64,000 nt of DNA from Xylographa opegraphella (GCA_022813865.1 JALDZX010000001.1:186001-250000), one strand, 5' to 3'; positions 1 through 12,244 are shown, counted from the first letter of the stretch. Notes: generated by a model not told the origin, from the sequence alone. Made by a program: numbers and translations.

Positions 1-165
1 GCGCACACTCGCATGCCCTACACCGACATTTGTACTAGGCCTTTCGGCCCTACCGTGCATTTGCGGTGTCCGAATGTCTGGAACCGAAAGCTCAGCAGCA
101 ACCTTTAAAGAAGAGAGTGAGCTCCATACGTCTTGAGCCCAAGGCGTCCACATACCAGCTCAACA

Positions 166-1296
166 ATGGAGAAGATCGACCCCCGAACCACCTTCGTCGA
201 GGCAGACAACGAGAAACCCCAAAGTCAGGTATGTCCGCTCGTCCCGCAACGCCCTCAACACTTCGCCAACTTCCTCCAGCCTCGAAGCTGGGCTTTCCAC
301 ATCCACACCCTGTGGCTCTTCACCGCCAGCGACATCAAATCGGTCATCATCCCGGGGACCCTACTCAGCCTCTCCGCCGGCCTCTCCGGCCCCCTCCTCA
401 CCACCAACCCGTCCCCGACCGTCCCCGCCGTCCTCGCCCGCACCCCCCTGATCATCATGTGGAACTGGCTGAGCCTCCTCCTCTTCTGTATCGACAACCA
501 ATTTCAGCCGCACTCCATCCTCGAAGACGCCGTCAACAAGCCGTGGCGGGCCCTGCCATCGCACCGCCTCTCGCCCCGCGAAGCCCGCCGCCTGCTGCTC
601 GGCGTCATCCCTACCGTCTTCCTCGCCACGTTCCGCCTCGGCGGCATCCGCGAGGCCGTCACCCTGAAGCTCCTGACGTGGATGTACAACTACCTCGGCG
701 GCGCGGACGATGGTGTCGTGGTGCGCAACTTGCTCAACGCCCTCGGCTACATGTGCTACGGCTCCGGCTCCATGGTCATAGCCGCCGGCTACGGCCAGCA
801 CGAACTCGCCCCGCGCGCGTACCCCTGGCTCGCCATTCTCGGCGCCATCATCTTCACCACCCGTCAGCTGCAGGACATGCCAGACGTGCACGGCGACGCC
901 GCCCGCGGCCGGCAGACCGTCCCGCTGCTGTACGGGGACTCCTTTGCGCGGTACTCCATCGCCGTGCCGGTCGTGGCCTGGTCGCTGCTCTGCCCGGCGT
1001 TCTGGGGCTCCGACCTGCTGGGCTATGCGGCGCCGCTAGTCATCGGCCTTTTCTTAGGCGTGCGTCTTCTACTACGGAGGAGCGTGGCTGCGGACGCGGA
1101 CACGTGGAAGGTGTGGTGCGTGTGGATTTCGGTGATCTATGTGCTTCCCGTGTGGAAGCAGCACGGCGCGGTGGTTGGCGAGTACGTGACCTTGCGGCGC
1201 TCTTCTGGGCATGCCGCTCAAACATTGTGGAGGCATGAGCGAGGGTCAGGGATATGGCAGCTCTCGTTGCGGATTTGTAATTCAATCGTGTCGTAG
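166..1296 (+). CDS. UbiA-family integral membrane enzyme, most like the fungal UbiA-type terpene cyclases (Fma-TC/Af520 type)
   Basis: Intronless ORF with ATG at 166 (MEKIDP) and many hydrophobic helices. Motifs: HTLWLFTASDIK, NQ..HSILEDAVNKPWR, YNYLGGAD and QDMPDVHGDAARGRQT (the two Asp-rich UbiA motifs). Confidence 0.85.
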   Translation: MEKIDPRTTFVEADNEKPQSQVCPLVPQRPQHFANFLQPRSWAFHIHTLWLFTASDIKSVIIPGTLLSLSAGLSGPLLTTNPSPTVPAVLARTPLIIMWNWLSLLLFCIDNQFQPHSILEDAVNKPWRALPSHRLSPREARRLLLGVIPTVFLATFRLGGIREAVTLKLLTWMYNYLGGADDGVVVRNLLNALGYMCYGSGSMVIAAGYGQHELAPRAYPWLAILGAIIFTTRQLQDMPDVHGDAARGRQTVPLLYGDSFARYSIAVPVVAWSLLCPAFWGSDLLGYAAPLVIGLFLGVRLLLRRSVAADADTWKVWCVWISVIYVLPVWKQHGAVVGEYVTLRRSSGHAAQTLWRHERGSGIWQLSLRICNSIVS

Positions 1297-1563
1297 ATCG
1301 TTATTGGGAAAGGCTAGCGGCCTTGGCAGATTCTAGGATCATCAATTCAGCTCATTGCGGATTCGTGAATCGCTTTCTATTGGGAAACAATAAGTAGAAG
1401 CTAGGTCCCGTACCCGAAGAACTACTAGGTGGTGGATAGCTTGGAATCTCGAGTCAGAGCCTGTACTGCCGGACTTATATACGGTCAAGACGCCTTGCCG
1501 CCGTCAGCACCAACGGGAATTATCTACAAAGCATTCCAGCTCTCCTTGTAGGGGCCCGGTCCT

Positions 1564-2945
1564 TTACCAGCGCCCTTCACAGCCGCGTTGTTGATCTCCA
1601 CGTCGAACGTCCTTTGGATCTGGAGAACGTCCTGCGGGCCCGTGATGATTTTCTCCTCTCAGAGGACCACCGCGACACGACGGGAGGTTTTGATATGCCG
1701 GTCGATCGCGCGGATGCGGTCCCACGCGGCGAAAGCTTGGATTGAGCCGTATCCGAACAGACTGAGCTTGTGCGGGGGCTCGAAACTCTGCTACTGACCT
1801 TGATGGAGCTGGGATTTGTTGCTGCACGACGTGACGAGGGGGCGGGGGGTGGGGATCGTGCCGCAGATTATTCAGACGCATAGTTCCATCCTGCGGAGTT
1901 GTTTCAGTAGAACTTTGAGACTACGGATGTGGCATTGCGGGAGCATACGGTGCCAATAGACAGAGTTGAGCATTGAACCCTGATGATCGTGGATCAAAGT
2001 CAGTCTTCCTGTCGAGCACACGATGGAGAGTTCATTAGTCATTCGAGCGTGTCACGTACATGTCTGGTCAGGGTCTGTGCCAAGCAGGTTCTGTAAAATA
2101 TACTGTCTTTACGACTGCGCATACACAAGTGCTGTTGAGGTATGGTCAGCCTTCGGTGGCTGAGTATGGAATGAGCGATACAGGAGACCGAGACAGCAGA
2201 CGAATATCGATCCTGCTTGGTGCGAAGGTGCACTTGTAGTCGCCAGGATAGCCGAATGGGGATGATCAATAGAATGATATCGGCAATAATCGATACGGCT
2301 CCAACGACGGTTAACAAAGTGCATGCACTCGATGTCACACTCAAAGCGCAAAGTAAATATACCTTGGTAAAGTTATATTGCGGCTGCAGTGACTTCGCGA
2401 CCGAAGCAGATCCCTGGAGTATCAGGCTCCCGAACTTTTTGGATTGGTCTACACTGGAAAAAAAACTTGATGGAGACGAAGATGTCGGAAGCTGTCAACG
2501 CAGCGATAGTGCCCCAGATGACCTACAGATGCACCATTTAGGAGGTACGAGCCGCAAGAAGAACAGGCTGATAGGAAGCCGGACGAGAAAGGACAGCAGA
2601 TAGGTTCGTGGGCTCCGCTGCCCCAAGCCACATAAACGTCTGCGAGATTTGCCCGTGCTGTAAATAGTAAATATGCCTCCATGAGGAAGGCGTTGGTCAC
2701 GATAGTCACGAGCTATTTCGTTGTTCAGACATGTCGTGTATTCCTTACGGCAGCGGCGTCTGACCGAGGCGATAAACATCGTCCAATCATCCCAGCCTGC
2801 ATTGCGACTTACAAACAGGCGCGTGTACATTCGCAGCCATGCGATCAAGACGGCCAGGATGGTAATCACAATAAGGGGCCGCGATGTAATGATTGCTCAG
2901 GTTGATATCTCCATCTGGAGGAGGTGCAAGAACAGGAGCGCTCAT
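1564..2945 (-). pseudogene. PTH11-like / rhodopsin-domain (Sat4-type) membrane protein, fragmented
   Basis: Recognisable blocks lie in different frames: MSAPVLAPPPDGDIN, LRMYTRLFVSRNAGWDDWTMF, IYYL..EPTNL, ISLFFLRLV, ADIILLIIPIRLSWRLQV and ELCV*IICGTIPTPRPL. There are several frameshifts and in-frame stops. The 3' limit is approximate. Confidence 0.8.
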
Positions 2946-4090
2946 TATTCACCGTATGATATTTCAAAAATACTGCAAGTCGGGTCGACATCAAGACTTA
3001 TGAAAATACATACATTCAATACTCAAGGACAAGCTTGACTACTCAGCGGTTGGCAAGCCTGCAGGTCGAGCCCATCGCTTTGGGGCACAGGCTCTTCGTA
3101 CGCCGAGAGTGTAGTGGTCTCCCTGTCATGGGCGATCGAATCCTTTGTCGACCCTTGCAGCAGTACTTGCTGTGTCTCGCAACCGCGAGTTAGGCACTCC
3201 TCGCCGTCCAGAGGGGCCTTCCGCTTTCGGAGAGTCATCAGTGGAATGGAGTATGATGGAGAACTTTGATTTGTGGTTACGTGTACCGTGAATCCTGATA
3301 TAGCAGGGAAGCTGATAGTGATAGCGCGCCAATTAAAAGGCCAGTGGGACGGCGTTGACGAGCCGTTCCGCGGATCATGGCGCCTGGAGCATGGAACATC
3401 GAGCATGGATCTCGAATCATTGGGCAGGGGTGCAACATTTTCATCCCAGCAGAAGCACCGCGAGGCGTACCTTCATAGAAAAGCAGATGTGGATATTTAA
3501 GACGAGTTGGACGGTGGGCCGCGCACGAAGGCTGGTACAACTTCATAGGGGCACAGCTGTTGATATAGACAATTTCAGAGTGCAGATATGGACCGCGGCA
3601 GATTCAACACTCCTGACGGCCCGATCGGTCTCAGCGACAGCAGGCTGACTATTGGATCCTGGCATGCCCTCAATCTTCTTTGGGCCCGCTGGAAACCCCC
3701 CCTGCCACATGTCGTCCAGCCTTCGGCGCCTCGGGCGTATGTTTCTTGTCGATGCCGAGGTGGTGAGGTCGTGCAGTCATGAGGTTGCCAGGGGTTTCTT
3801 TGCGGTTGTGTCCCCCCACATGTCGGTTCCGGCATCGCCCATTCACTCGAACCGGCCTCTCACCTTTATCTGGTCGCCGACTTGCAGCAAATACCTGATT
3901 GCCAGGGAGGCCACTGCGGCCTCTCACGTCTACGAAACCGGTTCTCTTGAATATGGTGGGAGACTTGGCTGGTCGACGCTGCCTTGCATCGTGTCACAGT
4001 AGACTATACTCAGTATCAATCATTTCATTGTCCGCAAGGTAAGGCTGCACACTTCGGATAGTACCTGTACTGGCTTTTCAGCATATCAAC

Positions 4091-7000
4091 GTGGCACCTA
4101 CCGCTCCTGCTCCACCCTACAATCTTCAAAAGGAGCCAATCTACGGGTCGCGGCTATTGCCTCAAGTTGTCGACGCCCTTGCCCGTACCAATCCCAAGCG
4201 AATCTACGCATCATTTCCCTTCTCCTCCGACTTCTCGGACGGCTTCCGCGATGTCACCATGTCGGAACTTGCAAACGCCGTCAATCGGTGTGCGTACTGG
4301 GTCGAGCAGAAGCTCGGTGCAAGCTCGGTCTTTGAAACGCTTGCTTACATGGGGCCCTCGGATCTTCGGTATGCAATTGTCTTTCTTGCTGCTGTCAAGT
4401 GTGGCTACAAGGTGAGCGATGGTCAATCGTTCAAACGTGTTTCAACTGGGTTGATACATTTAGCTATTTGTTCCCTCGGTGCGGAATCCCGTTCAGATGA
4501 ATATGTCGCTCCTGGAGCAGACGAAGTGTACAAAATTCCTATACGCTACTGAAATGTCAGAGAAGGTTCATGATTTGCAGGCGGTGACGAGGACCTTCAG
4601 ATCTTCGCTGTGGCGTCGTTACACGACATGCTCCAGGGTTGTAGCAAACATTATTCATACGAAGCAACGTTCCCTGAGGCACGGTGGGATCCGGTTCTGA
4701 TACTTCATTCTTCTGGCTCTACTGGTGCGGTGTTTCGACTTTGAGAACTGTCCTACAAGGAATGCTAATACGGCTGGTTTAGGGCTGCCCAAGCCCATTA
4801 TCTCAAACCACGCAACTTGGGCTGTCATCGACAACGACCGGAACTTGCCACCTGTCCCAGGTCGGATAAACCAGAATTATGCGCTTTGGAACTTTTCCGG
4901 AGACGGTGGCCGCTATTTCGCCGCATTTCCACCATTCCATGTGAGTCGACGTCCATTGATAACCGTTTAAGACTGCTGAAGCGCCGCCTGCTGTAGCTTG
5001 GTGGCTTTGTGGCCATGATAGTTCTTCCTATTTATTCGACCACAGCCACCGTTGTTTTCGGCCCTGCGGATAGGCCTCCTTCTGGGCACTTGGCAAGTGT
5101 GATTATGCAGTACCATAAGCTCCGAGCTCTTTTCTGCCCACCAACGATATTTGAGCAGCTGCTACAAGAGTCTGAAGGGCTTAAGCAAGCAGCGCAATTG
5201 GATTTTCTTTTATATGCTGGCGGGCCTCTATCTCCAACTACAGGAGATCTCCTTAGCAAAGTGACGCACGTCTGCCAGTTTTACGGTTCAACGGAAGTTG
5301 GTGCGGTACAAGCGCTGGTGCCTTCGCGCGAAGACTGGGCGAGCTTGGAATGGCATCCCAGTTGGGGAGCAGATATGCAGCTGTTTGAGAACAATACGTT
5401 TGAAATGGTACTTCACAGGGACCCGAAACTTGAAGGAGTCCGCGGCTTCTCCTGCAATTTTCCAGACCTCGAAGTATATCACACCAAAGATCTTTTCCAA
5501 CCTCACCGAACGAAAGCAAATCTGTGGCAATTTTATGGTCGTATAGACGATGTCATAGTACTGTCTAACGGAGAGAAGTTCAACCCTGTCCCGAGTGAGG
5601 TCATTATTGTAGCACATCCTCAGCTTTTGGGGGCCGTAATTGTCGGGCAGGGCAGGTTCCAAGCAGCGCTGTTGGTGGAACCAAGAGATAAGGGCGAAAT
5701 TCAAGAAGAAGCTCTCATCGAGGCAATCTGGCCAACAGTGGAGCAAGCAAACGCGCAAGCTCCCGAGCACGCCAGGGTGACTCGGTCGATGATAGCGGTT
5801 GCACACCCCACGAAGCCATTTGAACGAGCGGGGAAAGGCACTGTCATACGCAAGTTAACCGCAGAGAAGTTTGCACCTGAGATTCAGAGGTTGTACTCAT
5901 GTGAACACCCCGACCACCATGGCCCTCAATTAGCTGCCAGTCATGATCAAGAAGCCGTTCATGGGTATGTTGATGCTTGCGTACGACTTTCCTTCTCTCC
6001 ATCAGACCTTGGAGAGAACGACGATCTATATGTTCGCGGTCTCGATTCGCTTAAGAGTGTAGAAATTGTGGGTATTCTCAAAGCCGGTATCAGCACGTCA
6101 GATACAACGTGGCTCTCACCTCGAACAATATACGACAATCCGACAATTCGAAAACTTTCTCAAATTATTAACTACAAGTTGAATCAGAAGCAGTCGTCCA
6201 GCGAAGTATGCCACACTTCAGCCTAGCGACGAGTCACACAAATGGCATCTCTTGTTGCTCAATACACTGAAGGCCTCGCAACCGCGCCGCCCGAAAAGAA
6301 TGAGTCACTAAATCCTGCTGGTCTGAATGTTGCAATGACTGGCTCTACCGGATCACTGGGCTCACACCTTCTGTGCAAATTGCTCAACGATTCAAAGGTC
6401 TCGAGGATTTTTTGTCTGAATCACTCAGCCGATGCTAAAGAGAAACAAGAACAAAGCTTTGCAACCTTCGGGCTTGAGCACAGTCTGAATCCATCCAAAG
6501 TGGAATTTATTCAAGCCAATGTCGGGGAGAAACACCTGGGAATAGGGAATGCGAAATATCATGAGCTAGTTTCGATGGTGGATATTATCGTTCATAACGC
6601 ATGGAAGGTCGATTTCAACCATTCCCTCGAATCTTTCATCCCCGTTCACATCCAAGGTGTACGAAATCTCGTAGATTGGAGCATAAGTAGCTCTCGCCAT
6701 CCGCATATCGTCTTCGTCTCATCAATATCGTCTGTGGGAAACTGGAAGAGCGTCTACCCTGATGCGGCTATACCCGAAGAGCTAGTCTTGAACCATGACA
6801 TTGCGCAGAAAATGGGCTATGCGGAATCGAAGAATGTGGCAGAATGCATCCTAGGGATTGCCAGTAAGAACTCTGGGGTTCCAGTAAGCATCCTCCGCGT
6901 CGGCCAAATCGCTGGACCGGTGGCCGCGGCTAGTGTCTGGAACAGGGACGAGTGGTTTCCCTCGCTGATCAAGACCTCACAATCGTTCGAGCGCCTCCCG

Positions 7001-7423
7001 CGCTACCTCCCAGATATTGATTGGATCCCTGTGGACAGTCTCGCTGCTGCTGTCTGCGAAATCAGTCACTTCGCGGCGACGACAGGCAAGTCTTCGGTCT
7101 ATAATTTGGTGAATCCTCACACCACTTCGTGGACATTGCTCATCCACACTGTTCTTGCGAGACTAGGCCCGCAAGTCCGGACCATCGATCTGAGCGAGTG
7201 AATTGGGATGCTCGAGCAGGTTAACCGGAGTGACATTCGGGAGTTGACTGCGAAGCCTGCGGCCAAAGTGCTGGAGTTCTTCCGCATGCTTGAAAAAGCA
7301 AAGGCGGGAGGTCATCCGGAGTTCAAAACACATCATGGTGTTGCTGCGAGCGAGACTTTCGCTGCGTTGAAGAGTGTCGACTCGGAGTGGATGGCAATTT
7401 GGATGGATCAGCTGGGCTACTGA
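4091..7423 (+). pseudogene. NRPS-like carboxylic acid reductase (A-T-R), disrupted
   Basis: A domain (LHSSGSTG-LPKP, YGSTE, GRIDD..NGEK), T domain (GLDSL) and R domain (TGSTGSLG, YAESK). Introns at 4412-4463, 4725-4782 and 4941-4996. Lesions: GTG in place of the start, a 1-nt frameshift near 4575-4595, in-frame TAG at 6224-6226 and in-frame TGA at 7199-7201. Confidence 0.88.
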
Positions 7424-8470
7424 GAATACTTCTGGCGACTGCCAACATCCCCAGTTTCTATGCAATTAAAGCATTGATGGGGACATTCTATTACAACGAA
7501 TAAATTCTAATGAATCGCAATCATATCATTGACTTATGGTGACGATTGACATCCTTGACTCATTTGCAAATATGGAATTGATAGGGGAATTCCCATGCAA
7601 CGAATAAAATCAAATGAATCAAGATCGTATTATTGAATGGCTACAAGTTGGGATTATTTCAACGACATTAGGCTTGGACATCGCTGGCATACTAGATCAC
7701 GACAGGTAGAGAGTACCTTCATCGAGTGGCGTCTGCGAGTAAACAAGGACATTGATGGCGCAATGGTGGTTATCAGATCGCCAGAGTCGCCTCTGTGTGG
7801 AGTGTGCCCGTTGCGCGGCTCCACGGCACCTTCCCGTCTGGTAGCGAATCACGCTTACTGTGGTACAATGTGGAAGGAGAAACTTAGTGCCGTGACGGCG
7901 TCGATCCCAAGCCGGCTCTAATCAATCTCGTTAGGGTTGAGAGACATACGACAGCCGCAACGGCAGTGCTAATCCTTCGACTCATCCTTTCGTCTGTTAT
8001 TCATAATTTGTTTCTTTACCACTGTCGTTCCCTCCGCCAGCGTGCCATTTCTGCTAGCTTACTGTCCTCTCCTACGCCGAAGCCGTAACCATACTGTGCT
8101 AGTAAGGCTAAGCCTCTTGCGTCGCCCTTCTTCTCATAACAGCCTTCTCCCGTCAACGCAAAAGTACACGACTGTGTTTAGACTGCGTGATCGCGTATCC
8201 CGGCGTCGTCTTTTTGTCCTCTTCAGAGCTCTGCGCCAGTTACTGACAATCAAATCCACGATCTGAACAAACAAGGACAAGACCGTTCGAAGCTCTGCGT
8301 GCTACACGGAAACATCTTGGAGACGCAGTATACATGGGTCCGGACCGGAAAGTGCCGACTTTCTGGAGCTGCGAAGAAGAAGAGCAGTACATCATAACAG
8401 GAATAGCTGGCACGAGAAGTGGATTACTTGATACCGTTCCAAGTCGCGATCTCGGAGTTTGTCCTTGATA

Positions 8471-10662
8471 ATGGTGTGGAAGACGACACCTAGAATTGGA
8501 TCTCAGTTGACATTTCACAGCGATCTTTTTGTACTCGACCCAGCGCACTCACATCAATCCTTCCCTTACTGTTCCAAGTTCCAGCAGGTCTGGGGCAATT
8601 TCCTCCCTCCGCAGCGAATGTAACCACAATTCGATCTCCCACCAACAGTAACATCACAATCAGCTTCAAATCGCCTGTCATTGGAACATGTACCACCGTC
8701 TTCGCAAGTCAGCAACAATACACAGGATATGTCTCACTTCCTCCATATACATTGGCTCCCATCCAACAGGACTACTCCATTAACACATTCTTCTGGTTCA
8801 TTGAGGCCAGGAATAATCCTCAGACAGCACCGTTGACTATATACATCAATGGCGGTCCTGGCAGCAGCAGTATGGTTGGGCTGTTTCAAGAGAGTGGACC
8901 GTGCGAAGTGGTTGAGATTGCCAACGGTCGGCTCGGAACACAACCGCGGGACTGGGGTTGGGACAGAAGTTCCAATGTTCTCTACATCGATCAACCTAGT
9001 CAGGTCGGATTCTCGTACGATGTACTCGCTAATGCATCGCTTAATCTCCTGAATGCTGCGATTTCCTTTCCCTCGTCCCAAACTCCACCAAAGCAGCCGG
9101 CCTATACTTTCCTGAACGGAACATTTAGCTCTAATGATTACCAAAGCACTGCCAACACGTCGAAAATTGCTGCTTATGCCGTTTGGCACATGCTACAAGG
9201 CTTTCTCGGCGCGTTTCCTCAGTACAATCCGGGATTACGTCCAAATAGCTCTCAAACAAGTGTCACAAGCATCAACCTGTTCGCCGAAAGCTATGGTGGA
9301 AAATATGGCCCGGTCTTTGCGACGGTATGGGAGCAACAAAACAACGCCCGTCAGAATGGTTCTATCTCGAAAAACAATACTCTTGAGATACGGTTATCAT
9401 CACTGGGAATTTTACAAGGATGCGTTGACGACCTAGTTCAAGGACGATACTATCCAATCTTTGCAAACAACAACACCTATGGCATCCAGTCCTATAGTAC
9501 GATTGAAGAGCTTAATGCCGCGAATAGCTACTTGAGTGCAGATGGCTGCCAACAGCAGATACTGGCGTGCAGAAATGCTGTGGACTCGATGGACTCTTCA
9601 GACAATGGTGACGTTACAAAGGTCAACCAGATCTGTCAAGCAGCGGAAGAGAATTGCAACAACAATGTCATTGGGCCTTACGAGGCTAGTGGCAGAGACT
9701 TCTATGACATTTCGCAAATGACTCCGGACCCATTCCCACCAAGTACATACCTTGAATACCTCAATTCCGCCGATGTTCAATCATCAATCGGTGCCATGGT
9801 AAATTATACGGAAACCAGTGTTTCAGTTGCTACTGCCTTCTTGTCGACCGGGGACTATGATCGTGGTGGCCAGATAGCAGATATGGCATACCTCCTGTCT
9901 CTTGGTATCCGAGTTGCCCTAATATACGGTGATCGTGATTACATCTGTAACTGGATGGGTGGCGAAGCAGTATCGTTCTCGGTCGCAGCCCAATCGCCAG
10001 CTACTTCGGCCTTTTATTCTGCCGGATACGCTGATATCGTGGTCAACAGCACTTACGTAGGTGGAGTCGTTCGCCAATACGGAAACCTGTCTTTTTCGCG
10101 AATCTACGATTCTGGCCACCTCATTCCTGCTTACCAGCCAGAGACAGCCTTTACGGTATTTACGAGGATCATCATGGGTACCGACATATCCACCGGAGAA
10201 CCCGTCGACCTCAATACGTTCGCCACTGTTGGTTATGCCAATGCAACATACCAGAACACGGCTCCAGACCAATTTCCTCCGAAATGCTGGATCCGTAACA
10301 TTGCAGGATCATGTACTCAAGATGATGTGACCATGATCGAAGCTGACGATGGCGTTATCATCAACGGCGTACTGTACAATTCATCTAGCGAATGGCAGCC
10401 ACCTGCCTCTTCTATTCAGCTCAACGCGGGCATGCCAGGAACGGTGCCATCCAGCATGACTGCCACAACTGCCTCGAGTACCGGAAAGTTGCTGGCTCCT
10501 AGCACTACTCAGCCTCTCCCGACGGGCGTCTATGTGGCCACGAATACGCCCACCACTTCCGCCACAAAGGCAGGCGCCTCTCAAAGTAGGTCGAGCGTTG
10601 ATGTGATTTTCTGGGTTTGGACTTTTTGTATGATAGTGTTGGGGGTCGTTCAAGCCGGATAA
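8471..10662 (+). CDS. Secreted serine carboxypeptidase (S10 family), probably GPI-anchored
   Basis: Motifs NGGPGSSS, YIDQP..VGFSY, ESYGG (catalytic Ser), GDRDYICNW and SGH. The frame is open back to 8521 and encodes a signal-peptide-like stretch. The start is inferred as an ATG-only exon (8471-8473) plus intron 8474-8520. The C-terminus is S/T-rich with a hydrophobic tail. Confidence 0.9.
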
Positions 10663-11063
10663 GTTTCGAACGCTGTAGTTATTCTGGAGACCTTTATGGG
10701 GGTGAACAGAGGGAGTGTTTGGTGAGGCGTCGTAAGTGAGTAGCTATAGATACCCCAAAAGCGATGTATAGGAATACAGTATATTTACCCTACTGCCCAA
10801 TTTGCACGAAATTTATCTCGCTTGGGCACGATGCCTCTTGAGCGTTGTGATATAATGTGCAGAAGTCAACTTGCTCCGTAAAATGGCAACGCAGTATCTA
10901 ATCCGATGAAAATCAATGTTAAAAGTTGCACGCACGATCTCGTCACCGGGTAACCTGCGCTGGCCTAACCATGTACGGATATACCTAGACTACTCTGACA
11001 TCCAATTAATTCTCTTCTCAAATTCACATTACATTCACCCAAAGGCCCGGAGCCACACCCAAG

Positions 11064-11725
11064 ATGGTCAACATCGCAAAGCGTATGCGGCACCTCAAAT
11101 CCGTAAGATCCACAGCCTACCTCTTCCCAAGAATTTCGCTAACCCTTCCCACCCAACCCAGAAGGTAGATCCCCCCCAAGCGGGCTCTCACCCTCCGTCC
11201 AGCCTACTGACCCTCCCCCTTCAGCTCTTCTCCATCCGCCTCGGCCCCGGCGCCGCCATCCTCCCCAAAGACGTCAAGCGCATCCACCTCGACTTCGCAA
11301 CCAAGTTCAACGACGGCCACCTGGGTCCGCGGCGCTTCTTCCAGCACTGCCTGCCGCGGCTCAAGTACCACAACCCAGGCGTCTCGATGACGGTGACGCG
11401 CACGACGAACCAGGCCGGGCCGGCGACCATGACGGTGTTCTTCGCCGGTGCCGCGCCCGCGGGCTCGAGCGTCAACGAGCGCGTCCAGGTCCTCGATATG
11501 AAGCATCGCCAGGAGCCGGAGATCTTGCACCGCCTGCTGGAGGTGACGGGCGCGGTACCGGTGCGGGCGACGGAGGCGGAGGAGCTGGAGTTGCGGGCTA
11601 TGGAGGAGGAGGGCGCGAGGAGTGCGGTCGATCGTGAGCGGAATAGGCTGTTTTTGGAGGAGAAGAGGAGGCAGGCGGCGTTGTTGGCGCAGGCGAAGGC
11701 GAGTGTGAATGCGAGTTTGGCGTAG
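11064..11725 (+). CDS. Mitochondrial ribosomal protein, Mrp49-like (L51/S25/CI-B8 domain)
   Basis: Exons 11064-11102, 11162-11164 and 11225-11725 give MVNIAKRMRHLKS-K-LFSIRLGPGAAILPKDVKRIHLDF...GPRRFFQHCLPRLKYHNP. Confidence 0.85.
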
Positions 11726-12244
11726 TGGGGGAGGGGTGGGGAGGGAAAGACGAGGGAGGGGGAGGAGGGGCTCGTGTACTGTATCTATGGGTGCAGCGGA
11801 AAATTGGTGTGCATGTGCTGCATAGCGTTGAAAGGAGTTGTGGCTTTGTGGCATATTGGTTGGAGGATGGACGTTATACCAGCATGTATCGAAATAGATG
11901 GCTGCAGTTCGGGCGAGCGACTGGAGAGATGGAAGAGCTGCGTGGGCTGACTCTGTGTACTTCTGGGTTTGATCACAGTATTACTTTTGAGTACGGGTGG
12001 TTACATATATTGCGCCGGTTTCTATCATATATTTTGTCAGACTGGGAGGATATTATATGGTGAAGATACGGCTATGAGGAGAGTCACATCAATCTAGTGA
12101 TCTCAAAAACCTGGATCATTGCACTTTTTGTTTATCGACTCAGCTCTCTCGGGGAGCGAACAATATCTGGCGCTCTAGGTCGCTCCAGCTCAAGTCCAAG
12201 CTCGTCCACGTTCGCCTCGGTACCACTCCCCCGTACTTTCTTCC

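Noticed and set aside
66..1238. 390-aa overlapping ORF, and similar long alternative-frame or antisense ORFs (11204-11854, 31720-32607, 43283-44092)
   Set aside because: R/P-rich shadows of high-GC3 genes with no protein-like features.
6224..7204. Programmed stop-codon readthrough in the NRPS-like gene
   Set aside because: The contexts TAG-CGA and TGA-ATT are not the TGA-CTA readthrough motif, and an upstream frameshift already breaks the gene.
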